Origin: Bacilli bacterium
Lineage (GTDB): Bacteria > Bacillota_I > Bacilli_A > RFN20 > CAG-826
Reading direction: 5' to 3'
DNA length: 61,840 bases
Assembly (NCBI GenBank): GCA_024408095.1
Contig: JAKSVI010000006.1
Span: 1-61,840 of the forward strand
A program made the position numbers and the translations under genes. Positions 1 to 10,484 of the stretch are shown in pieces; within the stretch, counting starts at the first letter, position 1; the number at the start of each line of letters is the position of its first letter. Under the pieces are notes generated by a model. The model was not told where the DNA came from and ran no database searches. It was given only the letters and a program-made list of their open reading frames with translations.

Positions 1-1
1 T

Positions 2-211
2 GTTATTTATTTTATTCCAATTACATTTGTTTTATTTATTGGAAATCCGATTATCAAATACAGTGCTATTGTTCTTTATTTAACTTTAATTTATCCACTT
101 GTAATGCTTTTTACTGTGATATTAATGAACTATATTTTTGATAAAGGAATAAATGAAAAAAATTATCCTGAAATAGCAAATAAAGGAATTTATACAGAAA
201 AAAGAAAATAA
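2..211 (+). CDS. 3' end of a membrane protein, possibly YesL/DUF624-like (partial, runs off the window edge)
   Basis: Open frame VIYFIPITFVLFIGNPIIKYSAIVLYLTLIYPLVMLFTVILMNYIFDKGINEKNYPEIANKGIYTEKRK ends at TAA 209-211. It has hydrophobic helices and an FDKxINxxxYPE tail, and lies next to sugar genes. Confidence 0.55.
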   Translation, partial: VIYFIPITFVLFIGNPIIKYSAIVLYLTLIYPLVMLFTVILMNYIFDKGINEKNYPEIANKGIYTEKRK

Positions 212-213
212 AA

Positions 214-1590
214 TTATTGATTATAAGGAATGGCGAACACGCCATCACCTGGATTGAGATTTAAAGTTAATTTACCGTTATTAAGAGGCATGGTATTCTT
301 TGTTGTACCATGATAGATTAACACATGATCGGCGCCAGTAAATGTTAACTCAACGTTATCTGTGATATCTAATGCCGGATCTTCAAAGTTTGTAATCATA
401 TATCCCCGATAATTATCAACTTTACTATTAAAACAACCGACTAGTGTATTGTAATCTGACTTGACTGTATAAAGTGCATCATGAGAAGTTATTGAATGTT
501 TACAATAATCAAACGCTGGGATTCCAACATCTGGTTCATATAAGTCGCCTTTTTTAGTAATTGTTCCGACCCATTGGAATGACATGAAGGCTTCGTCCAT
601 ATACAAACACATGTTGTTAATATTTTTTGCATAGTTATAAAAGATTGTTGGCTTGCCATCTTCATCAAATAAAGCGTTTTTGAAATCGCCTTCTATTACT
701 GGGAAAACGCAGAAATACTGTATACCAGATGTGCCATAAGCTAAATCACACATTACTTGCCATCTTAAATCTGCCTCTTGCATCATTCTTCTCTTTTCAG
801 CGGATGAAGAACTTACTAATGTGAAATTCATGTATGGGATTTGTTTTTGAGATGCTAAATAGGCTACGGTTTCCCTATTATATAAAGCATCCGGTTTGCA
901 ATTAGGAAGCCCACCAACATTTGATAGCGAATAATGATCAAAGGAAAGAACTCTTGGATTAATAATATTGATATATTGATTAATATATTCTTCGTAAGTT
1001 GAGACACCAAGCTGATCTTTGCTTGCGTAAGAGGGCAAAAGGTTTATATAAAATTCTTTGCCAGGAAATTCTGTTTCATAAAAATCTTTTCTTGCTTTGA
1101 GTGAATTAAAATATTTAACATTTGGTTCGTCACATACTAAATGGCCCGCAAAAGCGTCATGATTTTTATATTTTTTCATTAAAGAGTCAGTATTAAAATA
1201 TCCAGGTGTAAAAGTAGAAACCGTTTCTTCCCAGGCAAATATTTTTGCACTTTTTGCATAATATTTTATATTAGAATTTTTAGCATATTCTAATGAATCT
1301 AAGATTGCCTTTTCATGAGAATATGAAAACTCATACATGGTGTATATTGCGTTAAATCCACAATCATGCAGATAATTATATGACTCTTGTGAAATTAAAT
1401 TTTTATTACCCGAATCATCAATATTTTCATGATATGGAGCAATCCATCCAGATATTCTCATTTGATTTGTCTCAGAAAATCTAGAATAATTAGGGACGCC
1501 CTTAGGAGCAACATAGGTTTGATTAGTTTTGCCGCAAGAGCAAAGTAACATTGAAAAAATAATTATGAATAATGATTTATCTTTTATCAT
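214..1590 (-). CDS. Lipoprotein with a glycoside hydrolase-like TIM barrel
   Basis: Start reassigned to ATG 1590, which overlaps the upstream stop (ATGA) and has a GGGAG RBS. Lipobox LLCSC. TIM-barrel-like motifs CGFNAIY, HLVCDEP, LSFDHY and GIQYF, followed by a C-terminal beta-sandwich. Confidence 0.65.
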   Translation of the reverse strand: MIKDKSLFIIIFSMLLCSCGKTNQTYVAPKGVPNYSRFSETNQMRISGWIAPYHENIDDSGNKNLISQESYNYLHDCGFNAIYTMYEFSYSHEKAILDSLEYAKNSNIKYYAKSAKIFAWEETVSTFTPGYFNTDSLMKKYKNHDAFAGHLVCDEPNVKYFNSLKARKDFYETEFPGKEFYINLLPSYASKDQLGVSTYEEYINQYINIINPRVLSFDHYSLSNVGGLPNCKPDALYNRETVAYLASQKQIPYMNFTLVSSSSAEKRRMMQEADLRWQVMCDLAYGTSGIQYFCVFPVIEGDFKNALFDEDGKPTIFYNYAKNINNMCLYMDEAFMSFQWVGTITKKGDLYEPDVGIPAFDYCKHSITSHDALYTVKSDYNTLVGCFNSKVDNYRGYMITNFEDPALDITDNVELTFTGADHVLIYHGTTKNTMPLNNGKLTLNLNPGDGVFAIPYNQ

Positions 1591-3056
1591 TTTATTCTCC
1601 CTTTTTGTTCTAAAAGGAAAGAGATTGGCCCACAACTCCAACCATGGCACAAAGAATGCCTATAGCCTTTATAACAATAATCACCATAATCACCATGTAA
1701 ATCTTTTAAATTAGTTGGAGTTATTTCATCAATTCTTCCTGAGCCGTCAAGCCAAGATAGAGAAAAGTTTTCCCAAAACGAGGTTGCCCCCCTATCAAGC
1801 ATGCCGCCATAATATTCCTTTAATATCTGTATAGCTTTATAAATATCTCTATCAGCGATAGCAGTAAGTATATAATAGCTCATAAAAGTTGTCATTCCAT
1901 TGCTTCCGTTGTTGATTAAAACATTAAATGACTCATCATCTTTATTAACTAAGTAGTGTAAGGCAGCAAATTGAGATAATTTAGGAATATTAGTTGGCCT
2001 TAATTCTAATCTAGCTAATATCTGCTTGCCTATATTGCACTCAATATCAAATTTATTCAGTATATTGATACATTGCCTTAGTATATAGATTAGTAAATTT
2101 TTATTAGCATTAATTTTATCTTCTTCACTTGCATCACAACTTGGCCAGTCTATGAAATATGAATTACTAGGTGCATCTTTTATTGTGGAAAAATCTAGAA
2201 CCCCATTTTTACTAACACCCTTATTTATCAAATCTAAAATGCTATTAAAATATTGCTCGTGTCTTCTATAAAATTTAACATCTTTTGAATAGTACAAAAC
2301 TTCGCAGACTATTAATAAATACCACATTGAATATGAAGGAATTCCGTTCATCCAACAAGGCATAGGATTATGCTTTTCTGATATTGATATAGATTTCTCA
2401 ACTGCTTCAATTTGGCCAAATAAGTGGAGAATTGCATGGATTTCTGGTTCCATATCCCCAACCCAAACTAATCTATCTCTTTTGATGCCATCCCAAATGT
2501 AATTTTGGATGCATAATTCTAAGGTGTGTTTTGAAACATCAAAAATTTTATTAAGTTTTGCATCTGAGGAATCAAAATTCTTCAAAAGTTTAAAATTGTT
2601 ACGCCAACATTTTGCAAGAATAGATTTTATGCGAATTGTTTTATCTTTATCTAGAAAATCAATTCTTACAAATCTAAATCCGGTGTCACCATATGACTGG
2701 TCACTTAATGTTGGGATTGTCACTAGCATATCTCTTATTGAATGATTATTAGTGCTGCCTTTTTCTCCAATGTCTGAATAACATTCTGACACAGATTCAC
2801 CAAATCGAATTCTTAAGTTATATACATCAGTTTCCTTTTCGGCCATATTAGTTAGAAGGCGGATTCCGCCAGCTTGTTCTTGACCAAAATCGATTACTAT
2901 AAATCCTTCGCCATTTAATTCAAAACAATCTGGTTCATATATTGAGATTTGCGAGTCTGATTCGTGTAATAAATACTCGAGATTTTTAATGTCACCTTTA
3001 GACTCAATAATCTTGAAAGGACAAATATATTGAATGTTTCTATTTTCTTTATTCAT
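1587..3056 (-). CDS. Alpha-L-rhamnosidase (GH78 family)
   Basis: Motifs IDFGQE, GFRFV, DGIKRDRLVWVGD, GATSFWE and SLCHGWS. Confidence 0.85.
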   Translation of the reverse strand: MNKENRNIQYICPFKIIESKGDIKNLEYLLHESDSQISIYEPDCFELNGEGFIVIDFGQEQAGGIRLLTNMAEKETDVYNLRIRFGESVSECYSDIGEKGSTNNHSIRDMLVTIPTLSDQSYGDTGFRFVRIDFLDKDKTIRIKSILAKCWRNNFKLLKNFDSSDAKLNKIFDVSKHTLELCIQNYIWDGIKRDRLVWVGDMEPEIHAILHLFGQIEAVEKSISISEKHNPMPCWMNGIPSYSMWYLLIVCEVLYYSKDVKFYRRHEQYFNSILDLINKGVSKNGVLDFSTIKDAPSNSYFIDWPSCDASEEDKINANKNLLIYILRQCINILNKFDIECNIGKQILARLELRPTNIPKLSQFAALHYLVNKDDESFNVLINNGSNGMTTFMSYYILTAIADRDIYKAIQILKEYYGGMLDRGATSFWENFSLSWLDGSGRIDEITPTNLKDLHGDYGDYCYKGYRHSLCHGWSCGPISFLLEQKGRIK

Positions 3057-3068
3057 AATGTTTTTTAA

Positions 3069-3971
3069 TTAAATTGTCGTTGTTATTATCTCAAATTTGC
3101 CATCAAGATTGGCGACTTTTTTTGCGGGTACAAAAAATGTGTCTCCGGCACAAGCCACAATATTATCAATTTTTCCATTGCCCGAGATAATAGTTAGTGC
3201 AAGAAAAGAGTCGTTAGGAGCTGAGACTTTCGATACATTGAGACATCTTTTCACAGTAAAATACTCGCAATTTGCAAGGTTTTCACTAGAAATATTATTA
3301 GGAATGTATTTCTTTTTATTCAAAACCTTAAGTGCTTTTTCTATATGTAATTCTCGTTTTTTGCCATCTTTCCCAACCCTATCATAATCATAGACTCGAT
3401 AAGTTAAATTGCTATTTTCTTGTATTTCGTAGATGAAGCAACCTTTACCGATGGCGTGTATTGTACCAGAAGGAATAAAATAGCAATCGCCTTTTCTAAC
3501 CTCAATTTTATTCATTATATTTATTAAGGTATTATTTTTAATTCTTTCACGAATTTCCGCGTCAGAAACATCTTTATTAAATCCTATATATAAGTAAGAA
3601 TTTTCTAATGCATCAACAACATACCACATTTCTGTTTTTCCATAAGAATTTTCATATTTCAATGCATATTCATCGCATGGATGCACTTGAATTGACAGAT
3701 CATCTTTAGCATCTATAAATTTGTTTAATACTGGAAAAAAATTAAATTTTTTACATTTTTCTCCAAGGTCTTGTTCAGTGCATACATCTTTTAGTAATTT
3801 CCCATTTGAGAGTTTACAGGGACCATCATCGTGAAATGATAATTCCCAAGATTCAGCAATAATGTCGTTGGTGGATGTTTTCCCATATTGAAATAGGCGT
3901 TTTCCACCCCATAAATAGTTTTTAGTTGCAGGTATTAATTTTTCAATATTCACACTCTCATTATTAAGCAA
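3069..3971 (-). CDS. manA: Mannose-6-phosphate isomerase, class I (true start uncertain, see findings)
   Basis: Motifs YLWGG, AESWELS, LSIQVHP, GKTEMWY, GTIHAIG, EIQENSNLTYRVYDY and RELH. Confidence 0.9.
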   Translation of the reverse strand: MLNNESVNIEKLIPATKNYLWGGKRLFQYGKTSTNDIIAESWELSFHDDGPCKLSNGKLLKDVCTEQDLGEKCKKFNFFPVLNKFIDAKDDLSIQVHPCDEYALKYENSYGKTEMWYVVDALENSYLYIGFNKDVSDAEIRERIKNNTLINIMNKIEVRKGDCYFIPSGTIHAIGKGCFIYEIQENSNLTYRVYDYDRVGKDGKKRELHIEKALKVLNKKKYIPNNISSENLANCEYFTVKRCLNVSKVSAPNDSFLALTIISGNGKIDNIVACAGDTFFVPAKKVANLDGKFEIITTTI

Positions 3972-4166
3972 TTTTCTATTTTTTTCTATAAGAATAAACT
4001 TTTTTTCATTAAGTTTATCCTCTGCGTATTAGGTGTTACAGACTATTTCACTTTTTTGAGATATTTCGAATATACTATTTTTTTTGATGTTAACATGATG
4101 AAATATCCTATAATATCTTAGATATTTGTTGCAAATTACGCGTATAATAGAATAGAAAATATATTT

Positions 4167-5903
4167 ATGTTTAAAAGATTTATTGCTTATTATAAACCAC
4201 ATAAAAAAATATTTATTCTCGATATGAGTGCTAGTTTTCTTATTGCTGCAATAGGCATGGGATATCCAGTGCTTACTCAATATATGCTTAATGATTGGAT
4301 ACCTAATAAGAATCTAAGTTTAGTTATTATTGGTTCCGTATCGTTATTGCTTGTTTATATAATCAGAGCGTTGTTGCGTTATTTTGTTCAGTATTATGGC
4401 CACGTTATGGGTCATCAAATGCAAGCAACGATGCGAACTGACCTCTTTAATAAATTACAAAAATTGCCATATTCATATTATGACACTCACGAAACAGGCG
4501 TTATCAACTCAACTATGGTTAATGATTTATTTGATATAAGTGAGTTAGCACATCATGGTCCAGAGAATATTTTAGTGGCTGGTTTAACTGTTATTGGTTC
4601 GTTAATTTATTTATATACTATTAACTGGATTTTGGGCTTAATTTTAACTGCAGTAGTGCCAATATTATTTTATGTAACATGGTATTTCAGAAAACAGTTT
4701 GCAATATCTTGGAGAAAGAGTAGAAAAGCAACTGCGAAAATCAACGCTAGAATGGAAAGTTCTATTACCGGAATTAGGGTTACAAAAGCGTTTACAAATG
4801 AGAAATTAGAACAAGAAAAATTCGAAGTTTGCAATAACGAATATTTAGATGTAAGAAGTCAAATTCTCGGCAGTATGGGCAGATTTTTCTCGATTTCGCA
4901 ATTTTTAACTGATTTATTTAACGTCATTGTTTTGCTTGTTGGCGGTCTATTTATTTACTTTGAAATGCCTCATTTTGAGGTAGCTGAATATAGTGTATTT
5001 GTCATTTCAATCTCATTATTTATTACCCCAATAAATCAATTATTAAATTTCATTGAAATGTTAGAAACTGCCAGCAGTGGATTTGAAAGATTTATTAATA
5101 TTTTGGATGAAGAAGAAGAAACAAAATTTAATGGTCCAAATGAGTTAACAAATGTTTATGGAGATTTGGTTTTTGATGATGTTTGTTTTTCTTACGACAA
5201 TAAAGAAGATGGCGTATTAAACCATGTTTCATTTTCTCTAGAAAAAGGTAAAACATTAGCATTAGTTGGTGCTAGTGGTGGAGGCAAAACAACAATATGT
5301 CATCTTATTCCAAGATTTTACTTTTTAGATAAAGGCAAGATATTGCTTGATAATGTAGATATAAGTGAATATACCTTATCATCTTTACGAAGTAAGATTG
5401 GCATAGTTCAACAAGATGTTTTCTTGTTTGGAGGCTCTATAAGAGATAATGTTTTATATGGTAATCCAACCGCCTCAGAAGAAGAATTGTTAGAAGCTTG
5501 TAAAAAAGCCAAAATAATGGACTTTATTAACTCTTTACCAAACGGTCTTGATACAGATATTGGCGAAAGAGGTGTGAGATTAAGCGGTGGTCAAAAACAA
5601 AGAATTTCAATCGCTAGAATTTTTCTTAAAAATCCTCCTATATTAATTTTGGATGAAGCGACAAGCGCATTAGATAATACGACTGAATTACTGATACAAA
5701 ATTCATTGAACGAATTAAGCAAAGGAAGAACCTGTATTATTGTGGCACATAGGTTATCAACTATAAAAAATGCAGATGTAATCGCAGTTGTTGAAGAAGG
5801 CCAAATAAAAGAAATGGGAACGCATAATGAATTAATAAATAAGCATCAAAGATACGAAACTTTATATAATCTTCAATTCAGAACGGAGGAAGAAAGAAGC
5901 TAA
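4167..5903 (+). CDS. ABC exporter, fused permease and ATPase (type IV)
   Basis: Six N-terminal TM segments, Walker A GASGGGKT, signature LSGGQKQR, LDEATSALD and AHRLST. Confidence 0.93.
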   Translation: MFKRFIAYYKPHKKIFILDMSASFLIAAIGMGYPVLTQYMLNDWIPNKNLSLVIIGSVSLLLVYIIRALLRYFVQYYGHVMGHQMQATMRTDLFNKLQKLPYSYYDTHETGVINSTMVNDLFDISELAHHGPENILVAGLTVIGSLIYLYTINWILGLILTAVVPILFYVTWYFRKQFAISWRKSRKATAKINARMESSITGIRVTKAFTNEKLEQEKFEVCNNEYLDVRSQILGSMGRFFSISQFLTDLFNVIVLLVGGLFIYFEMPHFEVAEYSVFVISISLFITPINQLLNFIEMLETASSGFERFINILDEEEETKFNGPNELTNVYGDLVFDDVCFSYDNKEDGVLNHVSFSLEKGKTLALVGASGGGKTTICHLIPRFYFLDKGKILLDNVDISEYTLSSLRSKIGIVQQDVFLFGGSIRDNVLYGNPTASEEELLEACKKAKIMDFINSLPNGLDTDIGERGVRLSGGQKQRISIARIFLKNPPILILDEATSALDNTTELLIQNSLNELSKGRTCIIVAHRLSTIKNADVIAVVEEGQIKEMGTHNELINKHQRYETLYNLQFRTEEERS

Positions 5904-5904
5904 T

Positions 5905-6885
5905 ATGTCTCAAAACAAAATTACTAAAGATGATCGTTTTATTATTATTCAAAATCCCTTAGGATTTAAAGTCACTTTGTGCCCACTTGGTGCATCAATC
6001 TATAGTATTTTTATCGGTGAAGATGTAATGACATTAACACCTAAAAAATATGAAGATTTCGCTAATAAGAAATTTTATTATGGCAGCACCATTGGTCCAA
6101 TGTGTGCTCGTGCTTTAGATGGGAAATATGTCATTAATGGTAAAGAATATTTCTTAAAACCTAACAATGGAAACATTTGCCTACATAGTGGTGATGATGG
6201 TTTTTCTAATCAAATTTTTAAATATGAAATTAATGATTTACAAGAATCTACTGAAGTTATCTTTACATTGTTGGTTCCTGATATGAGTATTGGTTTTCCA
6301 GGAGACTGCAAATTATTAGTTAAATATATTATTAGTGACAATTCATATGATTTAAATCATATAGTTAGTTATTCCTCTTCAAAAGATACGTCGGTGTCAT
6401 TAACAAACCATACATTCTTTAGCTTATCTTCAAAGCATAATAAAGATCTAGATTTATTCATTAATTCCAGCAACCATGTTCCGCTTAATGGTGAGACCCT
6501 ATTGCCTGAAGAGAAGATGGTTCCTGTTGATGACGTAACGAATTTTAAAAAACCAAAACCTGTTTTTAAAGATCTTCAGGATCCTTCAATTTTTAACGAT
6601 AAAAGATATGGCTATGATCATAATTTTGTTTTAGATAGTGTTAATTTTGATATTCCTTCTGTAGTTTTATCTAACAATAAATACAAATTAGAAATTTTCA
6701 CAGATTATAGCAGTATTCATATTTATTCTTGCAATTATAACGATAATATTGAATTTATTAATTCAGACCCAGGACAGTATAGAGGCTTAGCTATTGAACC
6801 TCAGGTTGCTTTAACAAAGGTTCGTGTATTAAAGGCAAATCAATCGTTAACTCACAAGAGCTTATATAAATTTACAAAAAAATAG
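5905..6885 (+). CDS. galM: Aldose 1-epimerase (galactose mutarotase)
   Basis: Motifs LHSG, GFPG, LTNHTFF, GYDHNF and LAIEPQ. Confidence 0.85.
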   Translation: MSQNKITKDDRFIIIQNPLGFKVTLCPLGASIYSIFIGEDVMTLTPKKYEDFANKKFYYGSTIGPMCARALDGKYVINGKEYFLKPNNGNICLHSGDDGFSNQIFKYEINDLQESTEVIFTLLVPDMSIGFPGDCKLLVKYIISDNSYDLNHIVSYSSSKDTSVSLTNHTFFSLSSKHNKDLDLFINSSNHVPLNGETLLPEEKMVPVDDVTNFKKPKPVFKDLQDPSIFNDKRYGYDHNFVLDSVNFDIPSVVLSNNKYKLEIFTDYSSIHIYSCNYNDNIEFINSDPGQYRGLAIEPQVALTKVRVLKANQSLTHKSLYKFTKK

Positions 6886-7025
6886 TGTTTCTCTATTCAA
6901 GAAAGTCTTCAACTTAATAAAGTTCGTATAGTTTAACAAACAGTGTTATTCTGCTAAAGCAGTTTCACTATGTTATTTATTACTATGTTTTATATAAAAT
7001 ATATTTTTTATGTTATACTTTTCTC

Positions 7026-8306
7026 ATGGACGACAATAAAGATATTCAAAACCAAGATATAGTCGATGAAAACAAGAAAAAAAAGAAAAATGTTATTAAA
7101 TATGTTTTAAACATATCTTTGGTATTGGTCGTTACTGTTGTAGCGTTAATAATTTCGCTATATGGAAAATTTGATAACGTTGTAGGCATTTTGCAAACAT
7201 GTGATTATCGTTGGATTCTTGCTATTGTTGGCATACTAATAGGGTGTATTTTAGTGAGATCTTTGGTTTTATTTTGTTTCGCTAGATTGTTTACTAGAAA
7301 ATATCATTACCATAGATCGCTCGCTATTGATCAAGTCGGTCAATTTTATAATGCTGTTACCCCTGGCGCAAGCGGTGGACAGATAATGCAAGCTTATACC
7401 TTGAACAAACAAGGGCTAAAGATGTCTTCTGCAATCTCAATCTTAGCAATGTATTCAATTATCTACCAAGCTGTATTATGCATTTATGGTTTAATATCTT
7501 TCATCGTAAAATATGATTTTATTAATGCGATTGGAGTGATTCCTTTCAACCTTGCTGGTTGGTCATTTGAAATCCCTGTTTGGCCATTAACTATTATTGG
7601 TTTTATTGTTAATATTTCGGTAATATTGGTTATCTTTTTAATGGCGTATTGGAATGGGTTTCATCGATTCATTATGGGACCATGTATTACGTTGTTAAAT
7701 AAGATTAAAATTATCAAAAACCCTGCAAAATCCAGGGAAGATTTACGAATTTCTGTTGAGAATTTTAAAATTGAGTTCAAACGTTTGCTTACAAACATAC
7801 CATTTACTTTATTAATTGCAGCATTCTTTTTCATCTATTTAACACTTAAATTTTCTGTGCCATATTTTGTTGGTTTAGCTCTTGGAAACCAAAGTACAAC
7901 CGCCACCCTTTGGGACAGTGTATTTTTATCCAATTATCACCAAATGGTAACAGGGTTAATTCCTATTCCTGGCAGTGCTGGAGTTAGTGAATATTTCTTT
8001 ACAAAACTATTTACTAATTTCTATTATATCAATGGCGTTGATAGTCAGACATTGTGCTCAACAGCGTTATTAATTTGGAGAAGTTTAACATTTACTATTC
8101 CTCTTATTATCGCTGGTATCACCACAGCCTTTTACCACACTAACAATAAGCGTAAATGTATTCCTAATGAAGAGTTTCCAGGAAAGAACTCTCAGACATT
8201 CCTCGATCTTTCTAAAGAGACAATTTCGTTACGTTTACAAGAAGTAGAAGAAGCGGAGAAAAAATCGCGTCTTAAAAAGCTTAATAAGAAGGAGAAAAAT
8301 AAATAA
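7026..8306 (+). CDS. Lysylphosphatidylglycerol-synthase-TM / flippase-like membrane protein (UPF0104)
   Basis: Multiple TM helices with motifs FYNAVTPGASGGQ, PIPGSAGVSE and LIWRSLTF. Confidence 0.85.
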   Translation: MDDNKDIQNQDIVDENKKKKKNVIKYVLNISLVLVVTVVALIISLYGKFDNVVGILQTCDYRWILAIVGILIGCILVRSLVLFCFARLFTRKYHYHRSLAIDQVGQFYNAVTPGASGGQIMQAYTLNKQGLKMSSAISILAMYSIIYQAVLCIYGLISFIVKYDFINAIGVIPFNLAGWSFEIPVWPLTIIGFIVNISVILVIFLMAYWNGFHRFIMGPCITLLNKIKIIKNPAKSREDLRISVENFKIEFKRLLTNIPFTLLIAAFFFIYLTLKFSVPYFVGLALGNQSTTATLWDSVFLSNYHQMVTGLIPIPGSAGVSEYFFTKLFTNFYYINGVDSQTLCSTALLIWRSLTFTIPLIIAGITTAFYHTNNKRKCIPNEEFPGKNSQTFLDLSKETISLRLQEVEEAEKKSRLKKLNKKEKNK

Positions 8307-9493
8307 TGGTAATTGCCATATTTACTGATACATATCCTCCACAAATCAATGGTGTTGCTACTTCAACATACAATTTAGTTCGCGCATTTAAAAATAACGG
8401 ACATCGTGTAATAGTGGTTACAACCCGTTTTGATAAAGGAAAATTAAGCATTAAAGATGACGTTATAAGAATTCCTGGAATTGTATTAAAAAAATTGTAT
8501 GGATTAACTATAACAAGATTTTACAATAGACATGTCATTAAATATTTAAAAGATGCAGGAGCTGAACTTATTCATTACCATAGCGATGCTTCAATGGGCG
8601 TTTTTGCACGAAGGGCTTCTAAAATATTAAATATACCAGTGGTTTATACTTATCACACGATGTATGAAGAATATACTCATTATTTTTCTAAGGGTAAATT
8701 TTTCGATTCTACGATGAAAAAATTAGTGAGAAATTATTCTAGATCGGTTTCTAAACATCTAAATACAATCATTACTCCTACTGAAAAATCAAAAGAATAT
8801 TTATTAAAAGCTGGTGTTAAACAAAATATTTTTGTTATTCCAACAGGTATGAATGTGGACCGCTTTTATATATATAAAGATACTCAGAAATTTATGACAT
8901 CTTTTAAAAATAGACATAACTATAAAACTAACACTAAAACGATTTTATCTTTATCGCGTTTAGGAAAAGAAAAAAGTATTGATGTAACAATAAAATATTT
9001 TGCTAGTTATATTCAAAGTCATCCTAACGATGATGTGAGACTTATAATAGCGGGAGAAGGGCCAGACAAAAAGGAATTTGTCAATTTGGTGAACAAACTG
9101 CACATAAATAAAAAAGTCATTTTTGTGGGTAAAATACCGAACAAAAAAGTAGTTAATTATTATTTAATATCTGATTGCTTTGTTTCCTCGTCACTAACAG
9201 AGACACAAGGCCTTACTTTATTAGAGGCAATGGCCTCAAGAATTCCTGTTTTAGCAAGAAAAGATAAAACAACACTTTTATTAATAAACGACAGCAAAAA
9301 TGGCTTTATTTTTGAGAATTTAGAAGAATTTAATGAAAAATTAGAAATCATATTAACAATGAATATAAAGCAAAAAAATGAGCTCAAAAGCAACATTGAA
9401 TCTTCTTTAAAAAAATATTCATTAGAAACTTTTTATGAGAAGATATTAGAAGCTTATAATTATGCTATTGAGAATCACAATAAGAAAAACTAA
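8306..9493 (+). CDS. GT4 glycosyltransferase, probably 1,2-diacylglycerol 3-alpha-glucosyltransferase-like
   Basis: Motifs FTDTYPPQINGVATS, TYHTMYEEY, SRLGKEK and ETQGLTLLEAMA. Translationally coupled to the flippase-like gene. Confidence 0.85.
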   Translation: MVIAIFTDTYPPQINGVATSTYNLVRAFKNNGHRVIVVTTRFDKGKLSIKDDVIRIPGIVLKKLYGLTITRFYNRHVIKYLKDAGAELIHYHSDASMGVFARRASKILNIPVVYTYHTMYEEYTHYFSKGKFFDSTMKKLVRNYSRSVSKHLNTIITPTEKSKEYLLKAGVKQNIFVIPTGMNVDRFYIYKDTQKFMTSFKNRHNYKTNTKTILSLSRLGKEKSIDVTIKYFASYIQSHPNDDVRLIIAGEGPDKKEFVNLVNKLHINKKVIFVGKIPNKKVVNYYLISDCFVSSSLTETQGLTLLEAMASRIPVLARKDKTTLLLINDSKNGFIFENLEEFNEKLEIILTMNIKQKNELKSNIESSLKKYSLETFYEKILEAYNYAIENHNKKN

Positions 9494-9531
9494 CTATTAT
9501 AATATATAAAGGATATAAGGAGACCAGATCA

Positions 9532-10470
9532 ATGAAACTAGTAAGTGAATTTAAAGAAAATGACCAATTAACGGAGCAACTATTAGTTAATAACGTTACT
9601 AAAGGAGTTTCTGGACCAAGAGCATATTTATCTTTGGAATTAAGGGACTCAAGTGGATCAATTGGTGGAAAAAAATGGGACGCCAGTGAAGAAGATGATA
9701 ATATCTTTGTTATCGGTAATGTAGTAGAAGTAACTTTTACTGTCATTTTATATAACGGAAATCTCCAACTTAAAGTTTTAAGTGGAAAAGTTATCGACCG
9801 CAACAACATTGACCTCGATAAATTCGTACAGCATCCTCCAATTTCAACAGAAGAATTGACTAAACAATATAATGAATTAGTTAAATCTATTAAAAATGAA
9901 ACATGTACGAAATTATTAAATTATTTCACTAATAAATTTATTGATAAATTATTTATACATCCTGCTGCCGCCTCTATTCATCATGAATACAAAAGTGGAT
10001 TAGTTATGCACAGCGTTACAATGGCAAAAATAGCCGACTATTTATGTACCATTTATAAAGATGTTGATAGAGAGTTGCTTGTTACTGGCGCCTTACTTCA
10101 CGATATGGGCAAAATAATAGAATTAGAAGGCGAAGTAGTTTATAAATATTCATTAGAGGGTAAATTATTAGGGCATATCTCAATTATGACCAGCGAAATA
10201 CGTTCTGCCGCAAAAGAATTAAAATTAGATGATGAAATAGTAATATTATTAGAACATATGGTGCTTTCTCACCATGGACAATTAGAATTCGGTTCCCCCG
10301 TTATGCCATTAACAAAAGAAGCTCTTCTATTATCTATGATTGATAATCTTGATAGCAAAATGGTGATTGTTTCCAAGGCATTAGATACAGTAAAGCCTGG
10401 AGAGATGACTCAAAAAGTCTATCCGTTAGATGGAAGATTGTTCTATAAACCAAAAAAAATCGGCGAATAA
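9532..10470 (+). CDS. yhaM: 3'-5' exoribonuclease YhaM (OB fold plus HD domain)
   Basis: N-terminal OB fold, with motifs PAAASIHH, LLHDMGK, LLGHI and SHHGQLEFGSP. Confidence 0.9.
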   Translation: MKLVSEFKENDQLTEQLLVNNVTKGVSGPRAYLSLELRDSSGSIGGKKWDASEEDDNIFVIGNVVEVTFTVILYNGNLQLKVLSGKVIDRNNIDLDKFVQHPPISTEELTKQYNELVKSIKNETCTKLLNYFTNKFIDKLFIHPAAASIHHEYKSGLVMHSVTMAKIADYLCTIYKDVDRELLVTGALLHDMGKIIELEGEVVYKYSLEGKLLGHISIMTSEIRSAAKELKLDDEIVILLEHMVLSHHGQLEFGSPVMPLTKEALLLSMIDNLDSKMVIVSKALDTVKPGEMTQKVYPLDGRLFYKPKKIGE

Positions 10471-10484
10471 TCGTCGATTTTTTT
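10452..10484. terminator. Bidirectional intrinsic terminator between yhaM and hit
   Basis: AAAAAAATCGGCGA-ATAA-TCGTCGATTTTTTT, between convergent genes. Confidence 0.75.

Noticed and set aside
4029-4280. 83-aa minus-strand ORF upstream of manA
   Set aside because: It overlaps the ABC exporter start and the divergent promoter region, and shows no family features.
6920-6975. Purine-riboswitch-like ends (TCGTATA...ACTATG) with small hairpins after galM
   Set aside because: It is too short, lacks the TTTCTACC core and kissing loops, and lies upstream of the next gene's promoter.
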